Part shown: one piece after another, positions 1 to 12,399 of the stretch
Numbering within the stretch: position 1 is the first letter of the stretch
Layout of the letters: every line of letters starts with the position of its first letter
Assembly (NCBI RefSeq): GCF_048593235.1
Contig: NC_133619.1
Span: 583,351,963-583,415,962, forward strand
Direction: 5' to 3'
DNA: 64,000 bases
Origin: Sminthopsis crassicaudata
Lineage: Eukaryota
Translations under genes and position numbers: made by a program
The notes under the pieces: generated by a model
What the model was told of the DNA's origin: nothing
What the model saw: the letters and a program-made list of their open reading frames with translations, nothing else
Databases searched by the model: none

Positions 1-160
1 AATTAACAGAATTTTTTTCTCCTTCCCACCCTTTACCCCATTGGAGGAAAATAAAGATAAAACCCCAAATTTCTTGTAATAAATATGCATAATCAAACAA
101 CTAAGCAGCAGTGGTTTCCACAGCCATAGATAGTAAAGGGATCAGACAACTGGTCAGAAG

Positions 161-804
161 TGTAATGTTCTGTTTCTCTAAAATGTAATCGTTTTCTTGG
201 GGGCAGGTTTCTTGGGGAGCTTCTGGAGGCAGCTTTAGTTTCAGTTCAGTTCCAATAATCACCAAATGCAGCCAGGAGTTAAAGTCTGGATCCTTTATTG
301 TGTCCTTCAAAAATCCTGAATCTTTTTCTGTGCCTGGTTTAGCTTTCTTAGAGGCCTATCTTTCTTTTTGACTCTGGAGAACTGTTGTCCAAATGTCTCC
401 AGCCAGCGCAAACGTGGAAATCAGACTCTGCCTCCAAGAGTGTGGGATTGTCGGTTTCTGCCTTGTGAATCTCCTAGAAGTCAATCCTAGTTCTGAATCT
501 CCGAAAGTCCATGAGTAGGCTTTTCCTTTAGACTTGTGAATCTCCTGGATTTTCTTATCTCCCCACTGAATCCTAGCTCGGAATCTCTTTCCAATGGTCT
601 TGTCCTTTTATATACTTTCTAAAGAGGTAAAGTCTAATGTGTGAACCAATGAGCAAACTCCTTTAAAGATGTGAACTAAGTACATAAGTACCTTGTCTGA
701 AGTTCTGGCCCATAACATCTCCTTGTAGGATCAGATCAATCATACTGAACCATTAGATAATTATATCCATTCCAGTGACTTAGCACCTTGTAAAAATCTT
801 AACA
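161..804 (-). mobile_element. Solo LTR (ERV) with 6-bp TSD
   Basis: TGTAA...TTAACA termini. CAGAAG is duplicated at 155-160 and 805-810. TTTATT (AATAAA on minus strand) near 294. Confidence 0.85.
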
Positions 805-1054
805 CAGAAGGAGATTTTGGAACCTTTTGCTTACACTGGGTACAGAACTCTGTTTTATTGCCCAGACAATCCCTGGGCAAAGGCAGCAATGTGAACAAGA
901 AAAATAATCATGGTTCCAGAGTGAGAAAGAGTACTTCTGGTTGATCACAGAGAAGTGAACACACCTGTCACACCTCTTCTTAGATCATACCACTTTGAAA
1001 GAATGAAAAATCCACAGGCATCCCAGCAACAGAGCCCAACTTATCCAAAAAAAA

Positions 1055-1085
<31 letters not shown>

Positions 1086-1114
1086 GAACCTGAAGATAGA
1101 AAACTATTTTCCAC

Positions 1115-1145
<31 letters not shown>

Positions 1146-2367
1146 GAAGACCCCTCAGGCTAGCTGGGTGTGGCTGGATCCTAAACAGGAAGCTCAGAAA
1201 TTTTCACCTACCAGACTGCTTGTAGAATCTGGGTCTGAATCTGAGAAGAGAAAGTGACCCTCAGCTGATTTGGAATGCCATTTCCAGCTGTGCTGCTGAG
1301 ACACAGCTCTGGGAGAGAAGAAACTCTTACTGGATGAGTATGGAGGGAGTAGGGCAAGGACACTGCTGGCTATGGGTACTTGCAGGAGAGTAGAGTTCTT
1401 AGTTTAAGGTTCCTGGTCAGAGCAGACAGCTGAAGGTAAACTTGAGGTACCATCCCTCACCCTATGATTAGACGTGCTTACACTAATATCTCTTATTAAA
1501 AAGAAAAATGAACCCACAAAAAAAGAAAGAACCCCACCATTGAAACATATTATAAGAATAGGGAAGATTCAGGTTCATCTTCAGAGGGGGACACTTTAGT
1601 AAAAACAAAACAAAACAAAACAAAAACCTTCTACTACAAAGAGTAATATGAAATGACTCTTTGGCCAGAGAGAACTTATAGAACTTAAGAAAGAGTTTAA
1701 AAATCAAATGAGAGACACTGAGAAAAAAAAACTAAAAAAATAAAAATAAAAAATAAAAACCATCCAAGAAAAACAAGAAGATTATGGGGAGGAGGAAGTC
1801 AACCAATTAGAAAAGGAGGTACAGAGTCTCAAGGATGAAAATAATTCCTTGAAAATTAGAATTGGGCAAGGAGAAACCAATGAAACTATGAGAGAACAAG
1901 AAATAACAAAATAGATTCCAAATAAGGAGAAATTAGAAGAAAATGTGAAACATCTTATTTAAAAATGACAGATCTGAAGAACAGATTAAGAAGAGAAAAC
2001 AAGGATAATTGGGCTGCCAGAAAATTGTGACCAAAAAGAGAAACTTAACCCAATAATTCAGGAAATAATCGAAGATAATTGTCCCAGAGTGATAGATCAT
2101 GAGGTGAAAATAGAAATAGAAAACATCCAATGCCCACTACCTCCCAGAAAGTCTTCGTAGAAAACAAAGGAATATTGTTGCCAATTTTCAAAATCCCCAG
2201 ATCAAAGAGAAAATTTTGCAAGAAATAAGAAAAAATAATGCAAATATGCTGAACCTAAAATTAGAATTGTATAAGATTTGTCAGCAATTATAATGAAATA
2301 TCACAGGTCCCGGAATCATATCTATGGACAATCAAAAGAATGAGGACTGCAACCAAAAATTTCATAT

Positions 2368-2510
2368 GCATGGTCTACCTGCCATCTGGGAGAGAGAGTG
2401 GGCGGAAGGAGGGGAAAAGCTGGAACAGAAGGTTTTACAAGGGTCAATGCTGAAGAATTACCCATGCATATATCTTGTAAATAAACACTTATAATAAAAA
2501 AATACAAAGA
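2368..2510 (+). mobile_element. Short 5'-truncated L1 3' end inserted in the ORF1 remnant
   Basis: Matches the other L1 3' ends in the window (ctgccatct..G-rich tract..aagggtcaatgctgaa..ttacccatgcatata..A tail). Confidence 0.75.
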
Positions 2511-2942
2511 TTAAAAGCAAAATAAAAAATTCTTAGACGGAAAAAATATGTACAATTTTGAATGAGAAAAAATGGAAAGTGAATGAGCTAGCAGATTTTC
2601 AGGATTTCTTATCAACCAAACCCAAACTAATCAGAAAATTTAACATATAAAAGTCAATATTAAAGATCAGTTTTAAGGAACTCAATATGGATTCAATATG
2701 GACAAATTGTTTATATTTTTTTTACATAGGAAATTATATAATATTATTTGTTGAGAGATGTATCCATGATGTACCTCTGTTTCCTATTAGGCCAATAGAG
2801 AACCTGAGCCACTATACAAAAATCACATAGTTTTTTTCTCATATTCTGTCAGCCCCAAATTTATACAGAGAAGAAAAGATGAGAGGGAATTCCAAAGAAG
2901 AAAAGCCAAAGGGAGAAGGACTGAGCCATGGTGTTTTGATAC

Positions 2943-3493
2943 TGTAGTGTTCTGGTTGATTTTCTGGAGGTCTCTGGAGCAGCCTTCCTTTCATTTGATT
3001 AATCACCACAAGAATTGCCAGCTGTTAAAACTCCAAATTCTTTATTGTCTCTTTGCCTGGAGTCTGGTTAGCTTTCTTGAGGCCCTTCAGAAGGACCTTG
3101 TTCTCAGTGGGCGGAAGCAGGAGGACAGGCCAGCCACACAAGACTGATGAAGATGGAATGAATCTGTCTCTCCATGGCTAGTAGAGCTTGAGCTCCTGTC
3201 TCCAGTCCTCTTGTCTTCTCAGACTCTATCTCCAAGCCTCTCCATCCCTCAGGAAAGCCACCAAAAGCCTGACTAAAGATGAAATATCTCTGGCTGAGTT
3301 TGTCCCAGCTTTATATGCTCTATTTTAATTAGATCATCATAGGTGTGAAGCATGTGGAACTATATTAAGTACTAATTACATGTACTGAACTAGAGAACTA
3401 TTAATCACCATGTAAACTAGATAACCATTGCTTTATCAATTCCACTGAGTTAGTACCTTGTAAGATACAGATACAGAGTTATGGCCCATAACA
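2943..3493 (-). mobile_element. Solo LTR related to 161-804
   Basis: TGTAG...ATAACA termini, flanked by TGATAC/GGATAC (6-bp TSD, 1 mismatch). Shares start and end motifs with the 161-804 LTR. Confidence 0.8.
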
Positions 3494-3666
3494 GGATACC
3501 ATCATGCAAAGTGCTGTCAAGCTGCAAAACCAAAACCTGTTAATAGGATACAGACATGGGAATAATGGAGGAAAAGAGGGAGATGAGACCTCAATCACTG
3601 ACAGTCTATCAACAAACATTTATTAAGTGTCAACAACTGTGTTAATGCCTGGGGATATTTTGTAAT

Positions 3667-3880
3667 TATTTATTCATTTCCAGTGCTGTGTAGCTCTTTA
3701 CAACATTCTTTTGGCATTTTCTTGCCATTTCCTTCTTCAACTCATTTTGTAGGTGAGGAAACTGAAACAAACAGGGTTTAGTGACTTGATCAGAGTCACA
3801 TAGCTAATAACTACTGGAATCAGATCTTCCTGACTCCAGGTCTCATGTTCTATTCACTACACCACTTCACTATTTCATGA
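3667..3880 (-). mobile_element. MAR1/MIR-like CORE SINE
   Basis: CORE motif cattttgtaggtgaggaaactga...gtgacttgatcagagtcacatagct. Similar copies lie near 9745-9950, 30520-30720, 33860-34030 and 62925-63095. Confidence 0.65.
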
Positions 3881-4777
3881 CATTTCATTGTATCCTAGCC
3901 ACAGATTGGGGACATAAAGGGACATAAAGCAAAAATCAGACCCTGCCTTCAAGAAGCTCATATCTAAATAGGGCATACAGTGTGCAAATAACAGACAGGG
4001 ATTTGGAGTTTATTTGCTTGTTTGCAGAAATGAAAGGTGGCCTATTCTGTATTTCAAAGGGAGGAATGAAATGGCACCTTTGAAAGGTGGAATAAAACTA
4101 TTGCTTCTCTAAACTGTCTAAAATAATAGCTTATTCTCTGCTGTTTATAGATATTTTAATTAATTTTTTTAAATTTAACTTAATTTGTTAGCTTAATCCA
4201 TGCAAAGAAACAGAATACTCTCAGAAGAAAGGTAGGTGTACATAAAATTCAAAGCTATCAAGGTGAGAAAAAAATAATAGTCTGATTCCTGAGAAATATT
4301 AAACTTGAACCCAATCTATATGGGCTTAGAACTTTAGCATTGTCCTATGGGCAACCCTGTATATTTTCAAGCCAAAAAGAATAGAAATTTGTAAATATAG
4401 AGATAGACTTAAAAAGGATATGGAACATTTTTGTTGTTTTTGATTTTGTTGGTTTTCTATTTTTGATCATGGAAAAAATTTTCTATTTTTATTGGGAACA
4501 GAGTGGGATTTTTGGAAATTTGATCCATATATACATGTACAAGCACATTCTGTCATTCCTCTTACCACACAGATTCTATGTATAAATGTATATTTCTAAG
4601 TGTGTACAAATATACATTTATATATGTATATATACATATTATATTTTCATTTTTCAGCTTGGAATTTGTTGCAAATTCGATATGTATAGAAATAATAAGA
4701 AAAAATAGAAATCCTTGGCTATACCCTGTCTGATTATCCCAGTTATTATTTCTTTGTAATTTCATACTCCTATACTT

Positions 4778-5257
4778 TTTTTTAATTATACCTTTTTATT
4801 TACAAGATATATGCATGGATAATTTTATAGCACTGACAATTGCCAAGCCTTTTGTTTCAATTTTTCCCCTCCTTCCCCCCATCTCCCTCCCCCAGATGGC
4901 AGGTTGACCAATACATGTTACATATGTTAAAGTATAAATTAAACACGATATATGTATACATGTCCAAATAGTTATTTTGCTGTACAAAAAGAATCAGACT
5001 TTGAAATAGTGTACAATTAGCCTGTGAAGGAAATCAAATAGGGGTATTGGGAATTCTATGCAGTGGTTCATAGTCATCTCCCAGAGTTCTTTCACTGGAT
5101 GTAGCTGGTTCAGTTCATTACTGCTCTATTGGAACTGATTTGGTTCATCTCATTGTTGAAAAATGGCCACGTCCATCAGAACTGATCATCATACAGTATT
5201 GTTGTTGAAGTGTGAAATGATCTCCTGGTCCTGCTCATTTCACTCAGCACCACTTCA
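4778..5257 (-). mobile_element. 5'-truncated L1 3' end with 16-bp TSD, in the 3'UTR of OR51Q1a
   Basis: TCATACTCCTATACTT at 4762-4777 and 5258-5273, with a T-tract at the left end. Sequence matches the other L1 3' ends. Confidence 0.9.
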
Positions 5258-5279
5258 TCATACTCCTATACTTCTTGCA

Positions 5280-6224
5280 TTAATTTGCCTTCCCCTGGAA
5301 GAGATGGTGGATTCCCTGTCGGATCTGCTTGGTTTTCACAGTATAGATGATAGGATTCATCACAGGAGGTGATAGCAAGTAGACATTGGCCATAATCACA
5401 TGGACTAGAGGAGGGGCATGTCGGGCAAAGCGATGAGCCATGGATATTCCCACCATTGGTACATAAAGGACAAGCACAGCCAAGATATGGGACAAGCAGT
5501 TATTGAGAGCCTTAAATCGCTCAGCCTGGGATGCAGTGCCCAGGACACTGTGCAGAATTAATCCATAGGAGACCAGGATGAGGAGAGGGTCAAGCACAAT
5601 GATGAGTAATACCAGTACAAATCCATACCAGCTGTTGACTCGAGTGTCAGCACAGACCAAGCGGATCATATCTTGGTGGAGGCAGTAGGAATGGGAGAGG
5701 AGGTGAGAGTGACAAAAGGGCAGACGCTTAAGCAGGAAAAGTGAGGGCAGTACTGCCAAAACACATCGAATGATGATGGCTATCCCAATTCTTCCAATGA
5801 CATTCTCTGTGAGAATAGAGGCATAATGCAGGGGACGACAGATGGCAACAAAGCGGTCATAGGCCATGGCCAATAGCACTGAAGACTCCATGAATGAGAA
5901 GGTGTGAAGGAAAAAGACTTGAGCAAAGCAAGCCTCAAAGCTGATCTCCCGCACATTGAACCAGAGTAGTTGCATCACTGTGGGCAGAGTGGTAAGGGTA
6001 AGACCTAGGTCGGTTAGTGCCAGCATGGAGAGGAACAGATACATGGGTTGGTGGAGTGAAGGCTCTGACCAAATGACAGCCAGAATGGTGGTATTACCCA
6101 TAATGGAGATTGTGTATAAGCAGCAGAAGGGGATGGAGATCCAAATATGCATGGCCTCAAAACCCGGAATGCCCATAAGAATGCAGTAGAATGGCAATTC
6201 AGTGGTGTTAGTGCCTTCTGACAT
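5280..6224 (-). CDS. OR51Q1: Class I olfactory receptor, OR51Q1-like paralog a (314 aa)
   Basis: Intact 7TM OR motifs [44 protein letters not shown]. Closely resembles recalled human OR51Q1 (GNTTIL, LTTLPTVMQLLWFNVR, VLAVLPSLFLLKRLPFCHSHLLS). Start set to ATG 6224 (gccATG, N-glycosylation sequon NTT). The ORF-track extension to 6260 crosses a splice acceptor (ttattacAG at 6241-6240). Confidence 0.93.
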   Translation of the reverse strand: MSEGTNTTELPFYCILMGIPGFEAMHIWISIPFCCLYTISIMGNTTILAVIWSEPSLHQPMYLFLSMLALTDLGLTLTTLPTVMQLLWFNVREISFEACFAQVFFLHTFSFMESSVLLAMAYDRFVAICRPLHYASILTENVIGRIGIAIIIRCVLAVLPSLFLLKRLPFCHSHLLSHSYCLHQDMIRLVCADTRVNSWYGFVLVLLIIVLDPLLILVSYGLILHSVLGTASQAERFKALNNCLSHILAVLVLYVPMVGISMAHRFARHAPPLVHVIMANVYLLSPPVMNPIIYTVKTKQIRQGIHHLFQGKAN

Positions 6225-9200
6225 GGCTGGCAAATACACCTGTAATAAGATGACTTTCAACTCACTTTTGTCAGAAATTATGTTCTTTACAGCATTATTT
6301 TTTATAAAATAAGGAACTTAAGGCAAGAAATCACTTTAGGATTATGTTAAGAATTCAATAACCATCCAACTTTGAAATATTTGAGTGATTTGATATCAAA
6401 AAAGAAACCATAAAAGTGGGTAGAGCTGATGTCTTGATATAGGAATAAGAATAGTATATCTCATGCTATAGATCTTTATTAATCATCTATGATTTATAAT
6501 CATCTGAAATTAAATGAGAATGTTCTATCACAACCATACTGATAGATGCACCAATCTTAAGTCTAGATACTAATCAGAAAATTTATCTTAGAGGAAAGAC
6601 ATGATGGAAAGAAACCTCATGGTGGCATGAGAGCATACACCCAGTTATAAATTCTTTCAAATTCTATCACATAACTAAAAATTCCAAAAGGTCTATGTCA
6701 ATAGAACATGCTATAGGGGTCCAAATGCTGTTCTGTTGATCATGTCTCACCAACCTAAGTAAAAATAACTTGACAATACTATTCCCTCATCTCTAATTTA
6801 ATCAGCCCACTGTAGTGAAGTTAATCTCTCTATTGACCCATTCTACTGTGCTCTTTGGGATAATAGCTCTCTTGTCAACAAATTCCAGTAATCTTAATGT
6901 TTATGACTGACACTTCTTCCATTTCCTCATTTTAAAAGAACTTTGTTTCTTCTCTCAAAGCTCCCCTTATTGCTAAAATAGGGTTGGGATGTTAAATATG
7001 GAGTTATACTAATGAGTTATACTCATTACTCCTTTCAGATGATTCTCCTTCCAAGTACATCCCAGTGGACTTTTCTTTTTTAAGATCAGGCACTTAATTT
7101 ATACCACCTTCTCCCTGTACTTATTATTATTATCAAATAGCCTTTCAGTTTCCTAAGACTTCAGTATCTGGTTCAGTTTTCTTCTCCATCCTACACCCAT
7201 CTTTATAAACCTCAAGAACTTTGCTATTCAGATTGATAACACTCTTACCATTCTAATCATTTCTTCAACTTCTCCAATTCTTTGTCCATTCCACTTTGAT
7301 GACATACTGGCACAGTTACATTTTAGATTCCACCATATCATAAAAATGCATCTTTTCCATGATAAACAAATTGTGACAATAGTTTCTATATGAAGAGCTA
7401 TCCATTTTTTTTGCTTCTTCCATTCATCAAAATAAGAATAGTTTCTGACATATAGAGTATGTCAACCACTTCAGTATCTTTGCCAAGAAAAACCCCAAAA
7501 AGGGATCACAAAGAGTTGGATAGGATTGAAAAATGACTAAATCACAATGCTAAGATCACTGGTCCCTAACAATTCCTAGTGTGAAAATCCTTTGTTGATT
7601 AAATTCTGCTATCTGATTCATCCACTGTCACTACATAAAATGTCACTTTATTTCTGTTTAACTACATAAAGGAATGAGACTGCCATGATGTTAATTCTCC
7701 AAATTCAATATATTGATTTTGATCAAATCCTTTTTGCTTGTGGGAAATCTTCCTATTCTATCCTTCCTGAACTATTTACCAAAGCAAATGTTTCAATTCT
7801 GTTCTTCATTATCTTAACCTAAATTGTTTTTCTGCACTTCCGGCAGAAGGTCTAGCTCTTCACTTCCAAGAAAAAAAAAATTGATTTTATGTCCCAAGAA
7901 TTCTTCAATCTTTCCTCTTCCACTCCTCAAAAACTTTCAGCACTATGATTCAAGACAATTCCAAAAGATCCATGATGAAAAGTACTATTCACCTCCAGAG
8001 AGAAAAGTGATGAACTCTGAGTGAAGATTAAAGCCTATTTCTTTCACTTTTTGTATTTTTCACGTTTTGTGTGTATGTTTTTCAATTTGGCTAATATGGA
8101 AACATTTTACAAGACTTCATATTATAATTAATATTTTGCTGGACTTCAAATGGATTTGTACAAGCACAGTTCTGTCTATGTTATCCTTTTTACTCAATAA
8201 ACTCCAGTGGCTTCCTATCATCTCTAGGTAAAAATTTATATTTCTTGGCATTTATATCTCTTCATCAAATAGTCCCTCTTTACTTTGCCAATTTTCTCAT
8301 GCCTTATATTCCTTACCACACCCACCATTTAACCAGTGTTTTTTTTTTTTTTTTTTTTCTTCTTGCTGTTCCTCAACCAAGACACTCCATCTCCAAACTA
8401 TGGATATTTTCACAGGCTAGCCTTCTGCTTATAAGGCTCCCTTTTCTCATCTCTACTTTCTGCCTTTCTGGGCTTCCATAAAGTCCCCATAAAATTTTCC
8501 CCTTCTATAGGAAGCTTTTTCCAGTTTCTCCTAATTCTAGTACCTCCCTTCTGATGTTCATCTCCAATTTATCATGTATAAAGCTTGTTTGTACATAGTT
8601 GTTTGCATGTTCTCTCTTCCATTAGACTTTGAACAACTTGAGAGCAGGTAGTGTCTCTTTTTTATATATCCCTAGTGCTTACCCCACAATAAGCACTTAA
8701 TAAATGCTAATTAACTGATACATTCTAGGTATATTGCGCTTGTTGTGCTAGCACTCAGATTAATTTTCTTAAAGCATATATATGACCACATCACTCCTTC
8801 TTCAAACACTGTCACTAAAAATATAATTTTCTCCAGGATAAACTCCAAACCCTTTTCTCTGGCATTCTAGGATCTTCATAATCAGGTTCTCATCCTGCCT
8901 TTCAGCCTTATCAACTATCATTCCTCCTTATATACCAAATATTCTAATCAATCTATATTATTTACTATAACATTGTTATTTTCTGTATATACTCATATTT
9001 CCCCAATTTTTATACTTCTTTTCTTCCCTATATTTTCCCTCTCATTACCTTCTTCAAGAACTTATGCATTCAACTTGATTTGATAAACATTTGTTTAGTA
9101 TTTATGTTCAAAGTATCTATACCATTCATCTTTCAAAGGTTTCCAACATGATGTATGTCATATAGATTACCCTGAAATGCTCAGAAATACTCTCTCTTAT

Positions 9201-12200
9201 TCTTCTAAGCCTTGCTTTATATTTTGTAGCACTTTTTAAAAGCACTTATGTCCAATTTTGTATTGTCAAAAATCTGTACATTAATTCTCCATTTAGACTA
9301 AAGCTTCTTAATGTCAGATTCAAAACTTATTTTTTAATGTCTATTCCCTCCCAATATTTCCAAGCATGGGACCTAGGAAACAAGTTTCATCAAAAGGTCA
9401 AATGACCAAATAAACAAAAGAATGAATGAATGGTGAACTAAGAACTTGTCCCTATGCTCAGTTCCAACATTGACTCTTCTACCCTTCAGTATTCTTTTCC
9501 TTCTTACTTTTTCTGTCCTTCTATTCATTCATAGTTCATCCATTCAGAGAACTGAAGAAATATTGGGTTGAAAGGAACTTTAACAGTTATCTATTACAGT
9601 GCTTATTTAAGTAGAAGCCTCCGCTACAATATATCTGAAAGAAAGCATTAGCATCTATTTGAAGATGCTAAAAAGAATCCACAACTTTCCTATAAAATCA
9701 TTTCACCTTTTAGTTGGTTTTGCTCATTTTCAATGTTTTGTGGCCCTTTTTGGAGTTTTCTTAATGAAAATACTGAAGCAGTTTGCCATTTCTTTCTCTA
9801 GCTCATTTTAAAAATGAGGTTGTGGAAGCAGACAAGGTTAAGTGGTTTACCCAGGTTCACACAATTGGTAAGTTTTTGAGGCCAGATATAAACTCAGGGC
9901 TTCCTAACTCCAGTCTCAGCAGTCTATCCACTGTTTCACCTAACTGCCCTATATTCTGCTTTACAACATCCTTAATTTTTAGAAAGAGACAGCATTATAC
10001 CATGGAATTTTAATAGACTTAGAGTGAAAAGACTTGGGTTCATATAATGACTGTATCCTCTGATTCTGGTAAACCATGAGTCTAATTTGTCTCATCTATA
10101 AAATGAGAAGGTTGAAATAGATTGTCTCTATGGATTCTTACCCCTGTAAATATATTCAGTTTATCCTTAAATCAAAACAAAAAGTCTCTACGAAACTTAC
10201 ATTCAGTACTTCTGTCTTCCTCCTCATACAAACAGAACAAGTTCCTTGCCTTCCTTCTATCTTATCAATTTTCTTTTTCTTTCCATCACTTCTTCATACC
10301 TATCCCCTTCTTTACCTATATTTCCACTCTGCTCTGTGTTCTCCTTCCTCCCTACTCTCTGTGCCGCCTCCTAGGATATATCCTGATGGATAGAAAAATG
10401 TGCAAAGAGAACCTGAATAGAAAACAGAGGAAAAAAAATTAGCTCACAAAGATATTCTTTCTTGGGGAGATACATTTTGCTTTCACAAACTTTTATGGTC
10501 TCAAAGAACTATTCATCACTCCCCCAACCTGTCATTATCTTTCAATTTATTTTTTACTTCTCCTTTTACTGGAAAAATGATTCTTTTCCTAAAGAAGCCC
10601 AAGCCCATTTCCTTCATTTTAACATCAAGATAGGTCTTTGGAGGTGTGAATATTCACCTATTCACTCAATAATTTCTTAAAAATTTCTTCCTTTTCTCAT
10701 GACTTCTTGGAGTGCATCTTTCCCAGACTGCATTGGCCCAAGATGTGGGAGTCTTAGCTACCTAGAAACTTACTCTTTACTCATATGTCTTCAGAAAGAA
10801 GAGGAAAAGCAATAATTTCTTGTGTTCTAAAGCTTCTTACATACCTTATTATGTAGGGTCACAATCTATAATCACATTTAAAAAGTAGGAGATATCTAAC
10901 TTTCTGTTGCCTGGTTCTAATTTTCATCCTTCAAAGCACTGACAGATACACACTGAAATTACAAATGATCAACAGCAATTAAAGGAGAGAATTTAGTTAT
11001 TTTACCATCACTAGGATTGCTTGGCTTAGGAAATACTGAGCCAGTTGCTATCTTCTAAGAGTCTGAATAGAGTTCTTGTCTCTACCTTGATAATAGTGCA
11101 GAATGCCGGTCCCTACGCTTCCTTCTCTAAAGTAGACCTGAATAACTGCACCTGAGGGAACAAGATAACTGGACTTTCAAACGATAAACAGAAATAGGAG
11201 GAGGAGGAGAGCCTATGAATAAGACCATAAGAAGTCCCAAAGGAAGTGCGATCTCCAAGAAGCAAAATATTCAGTGATTTGTAAATTTGACTTTTATTTG
11301 GTATAGTACATTCTCTAAATACATTTGTTTATGCCACCTCTGAATGCTCCATGAGTTTGTTACTCTTGATGTAAACTGGGATTGCCATTGGGTTGCTATA
11401 AACTAATCGTTTCATTTTCTAAAATTTATTGCATTTGTATTGTTTTGTTTTTGTTGTTGTTTTGTATGAACTTGTCTAAGTTTTCCCATAGTTATAGATT
11501 CTGGCTATAACAAAAGTGCTAAGAAAACTTTTAAATGAAATATAAAAGATATCATTGCCATTATTAATAAATTAATACTCTCTGCCTTCATTTTTACATC
11601 TTAGTCAACCTTTTATATTAGGGTAACTTCATTCTTTCACTTTCCCTGACCGTGAATGAGTTTTGAATGTTTTTATATGATGAAATATTCTATCTGAGAT
11701 ATTTTTGATATACCTCCCTCCACCCCTGGCTTCTTGGACTGCTAAAGTAGAGATTTTATGGAATTGGTATATTAATGCATACAGGTCAAAAGGAAGCCTA
11801 CTTTTCCTTCTCATTCTTATTCATTTTCCTTCTTCCTCAGAAACACCTAGGTAAAAAGGGATGAAGTGTGTAGGACTCAAGGATTTTTAAAAGAATATAA
11901 TGATTTGCACTTAAATTGTATGAAACATAAAATTTTCATATAACCAGTATTTAACTCTACACAGTGAATTGAGTGAAAAGGCATTGTCTTGTTTTAGCTG
12001 TGTTCAGGTAATCAGAATCATTTGTTTTCCCACAGATTATCTCTTTTTGAAGTGATTTCCTATGGGAGCCAACCAGAGAAACACCATCACATCCTCTTCC
12101 TTCCAGTCCTTTAATTGAGCTTGCCTCATCCACAACTTCCTACCCCTTTCTATATTCACTGCTGCACATAACTGCTTAATGTTCTGAGAGAATTTCACTT

Positions 12201-12399
12201 TGAGGCCAAACTATTAACAAAACTCTCATTCTAATATAACCTTCCAGTGACTCTGAACCTTTGACTTCCATTATTCAAACCCCATTCCCTGTTACTCCAC
12301 TGCCTTCTCCCTTATTCCTAAGTCGTCTCAATGTAATCCCCCTCCCCTGTCCAATTCCACAAAAGCTACTGACTCTTTTTACTATTTTCCCATGGATGC

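Larger units (their letters stand above)
90..2660 (+). mobile_element. Degraded L1 (or HAL1-like) 5'UTR plus ORF1, interrupted by an LTR and an L1 3' fragment
   Basis: Broken-frame translation gives NQLEKEVQSLKDENNSLKIR (1801-1860) and RIIGLPENCDQKEKLNPIIQEIIEDNCPRV (about 2002-2091), i.e. the ORF1p coiled coil and RRM. Many stops. Boundaries approximate. Confidence 0.8.

Noticed and set aside
955-1257. 100-aa lysine-rich ORF
   Set aside because: The poly-Lys comes from A runs (1047-1070, 1115-1143) inside an L1 5'UTR; there is no other coding signal.
5956-6189. Short ORFs antisense to or out of frame with OR genes (also 18311, 38823, 49918-50557)
   Set aside because: These are shadow frames of the OR codon pattern, with no independent motifs.
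6225-6260. N-terminal extensions of the Q1 ORFs in the ORF track (also 18601-18627)
   Set aside because: They start at non-ATG or poorly supported codons. The Q1a extension crosses a splice acceptor, and both extend beyond the homologous start.
10950-11300. Possible processed pseudogene of an RS/acidic protein
   Set aside because: All three forward frames have several stops and match nothing I recognise; kept only as an unclassified element.
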